NCBI GenBank assembly: GCA_002402905.1
Contig: DHGT01000124.1
Coordinates: forward strand, 47,462 to 111,461
DNA from: Desulfatitalea sp. UBA4791
Lineage (GTDB): Bacteria > Desulfobacterota > Desulfobacteria > Desulfobacterales > Desulfosarcinaceae
DNA: 64,000 bases
Direction of reading: 5' to 3'
This document shows, one piece after another, positions 63,803-64,000 of this stretch. The translations under genes and the position numbers were made by a program. The notes below the pieces were generated by a model that made no database searches, was not told the DNA's origin, and worked only from the letters and a program-made list of their open reading frames with translations. Position 1 is the stretch's first letter. Every line of letters begins with the position of its first letter.

Positions 63803-64000
63803 ATGAATCGGCCTGAACCCGGCGCCGCACCCCGCGTAGTCTTTTTCGTCGGCCATCCACCGATGCCCATCGACACGGGGGACGATCAATGGCGGCAACC
63901 GCTGCCCCTCGATCGAGCGTATTTCGACGAGGGCGGCACTCATCATACCCAGGCCGCAGTGACATACGGAGACTACTTCACGGCAGTCGTTGACTTCTTG
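63803..64000 (+). CDS. Hypothetical protein, truncated by the window end
   Basis: ATG at 63803 after GAGGTGGA; frame stays open to the end (MNRPEPGAAPRVVFFVG...TYGDYFTAVVDFL). Confidence 0.55.
   Translation, partial: MNRPEPGAAPRVVFFVGHPPMPIDTGDDQWRQPLPLDRAYFDEGGTHHTQAAVTYGDYFTAVVDFL

Overview
GC-rich bacterial chromosomal window. Gene content (XRE-pilMNOPQ, TrpB2, Fur-FeoA, FmdB zinc ribbon, class II plus class III ribonucleotide reductases and no class I enzyme in the window) suggests an anaerobic Desulfobacterota / deltaproteobacterium; this taxonomy is my inference. It is mostly housekeeping: trpB2, a complete glyoxylate bypass (aceK, aceB, aceA), pcm, serS-thrC, type IV pilus assembly genes, three sensor kinases, recN, a double-length uvrA, divergent nrdJ and nrdDG with four NrdR boxes, prpE, mltF and dapA. 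I found no transposase, prophage, CRISPR array, tRNA or rRNA. The most interesting signals are: (1) a serS leader with four consecutive Ser codons inside a terminator-like hairpin, a candidate serine-sensing attenuator; (2) AceK plus the glyoxylate shunt in a probable anaerobe, preceded by a small protein with three CxxC-x8-(H/L)xC repeats; (3) a ~215-bp MITE-like element present twice, each time starting at a TAG stop codon, plus a related remnant; (4) a ~180-nt rod-like intergenic hairpin; (5) an internally duplicated 1353-aa envelope protein of unknown function; (6) an FNR/HcpR-type class II promoter in front of a 64-aa ORF; (7) an NrdR-box-like palindrome upstream of the pilus operon. All calls come from reading motifs by eye; no searches were run.
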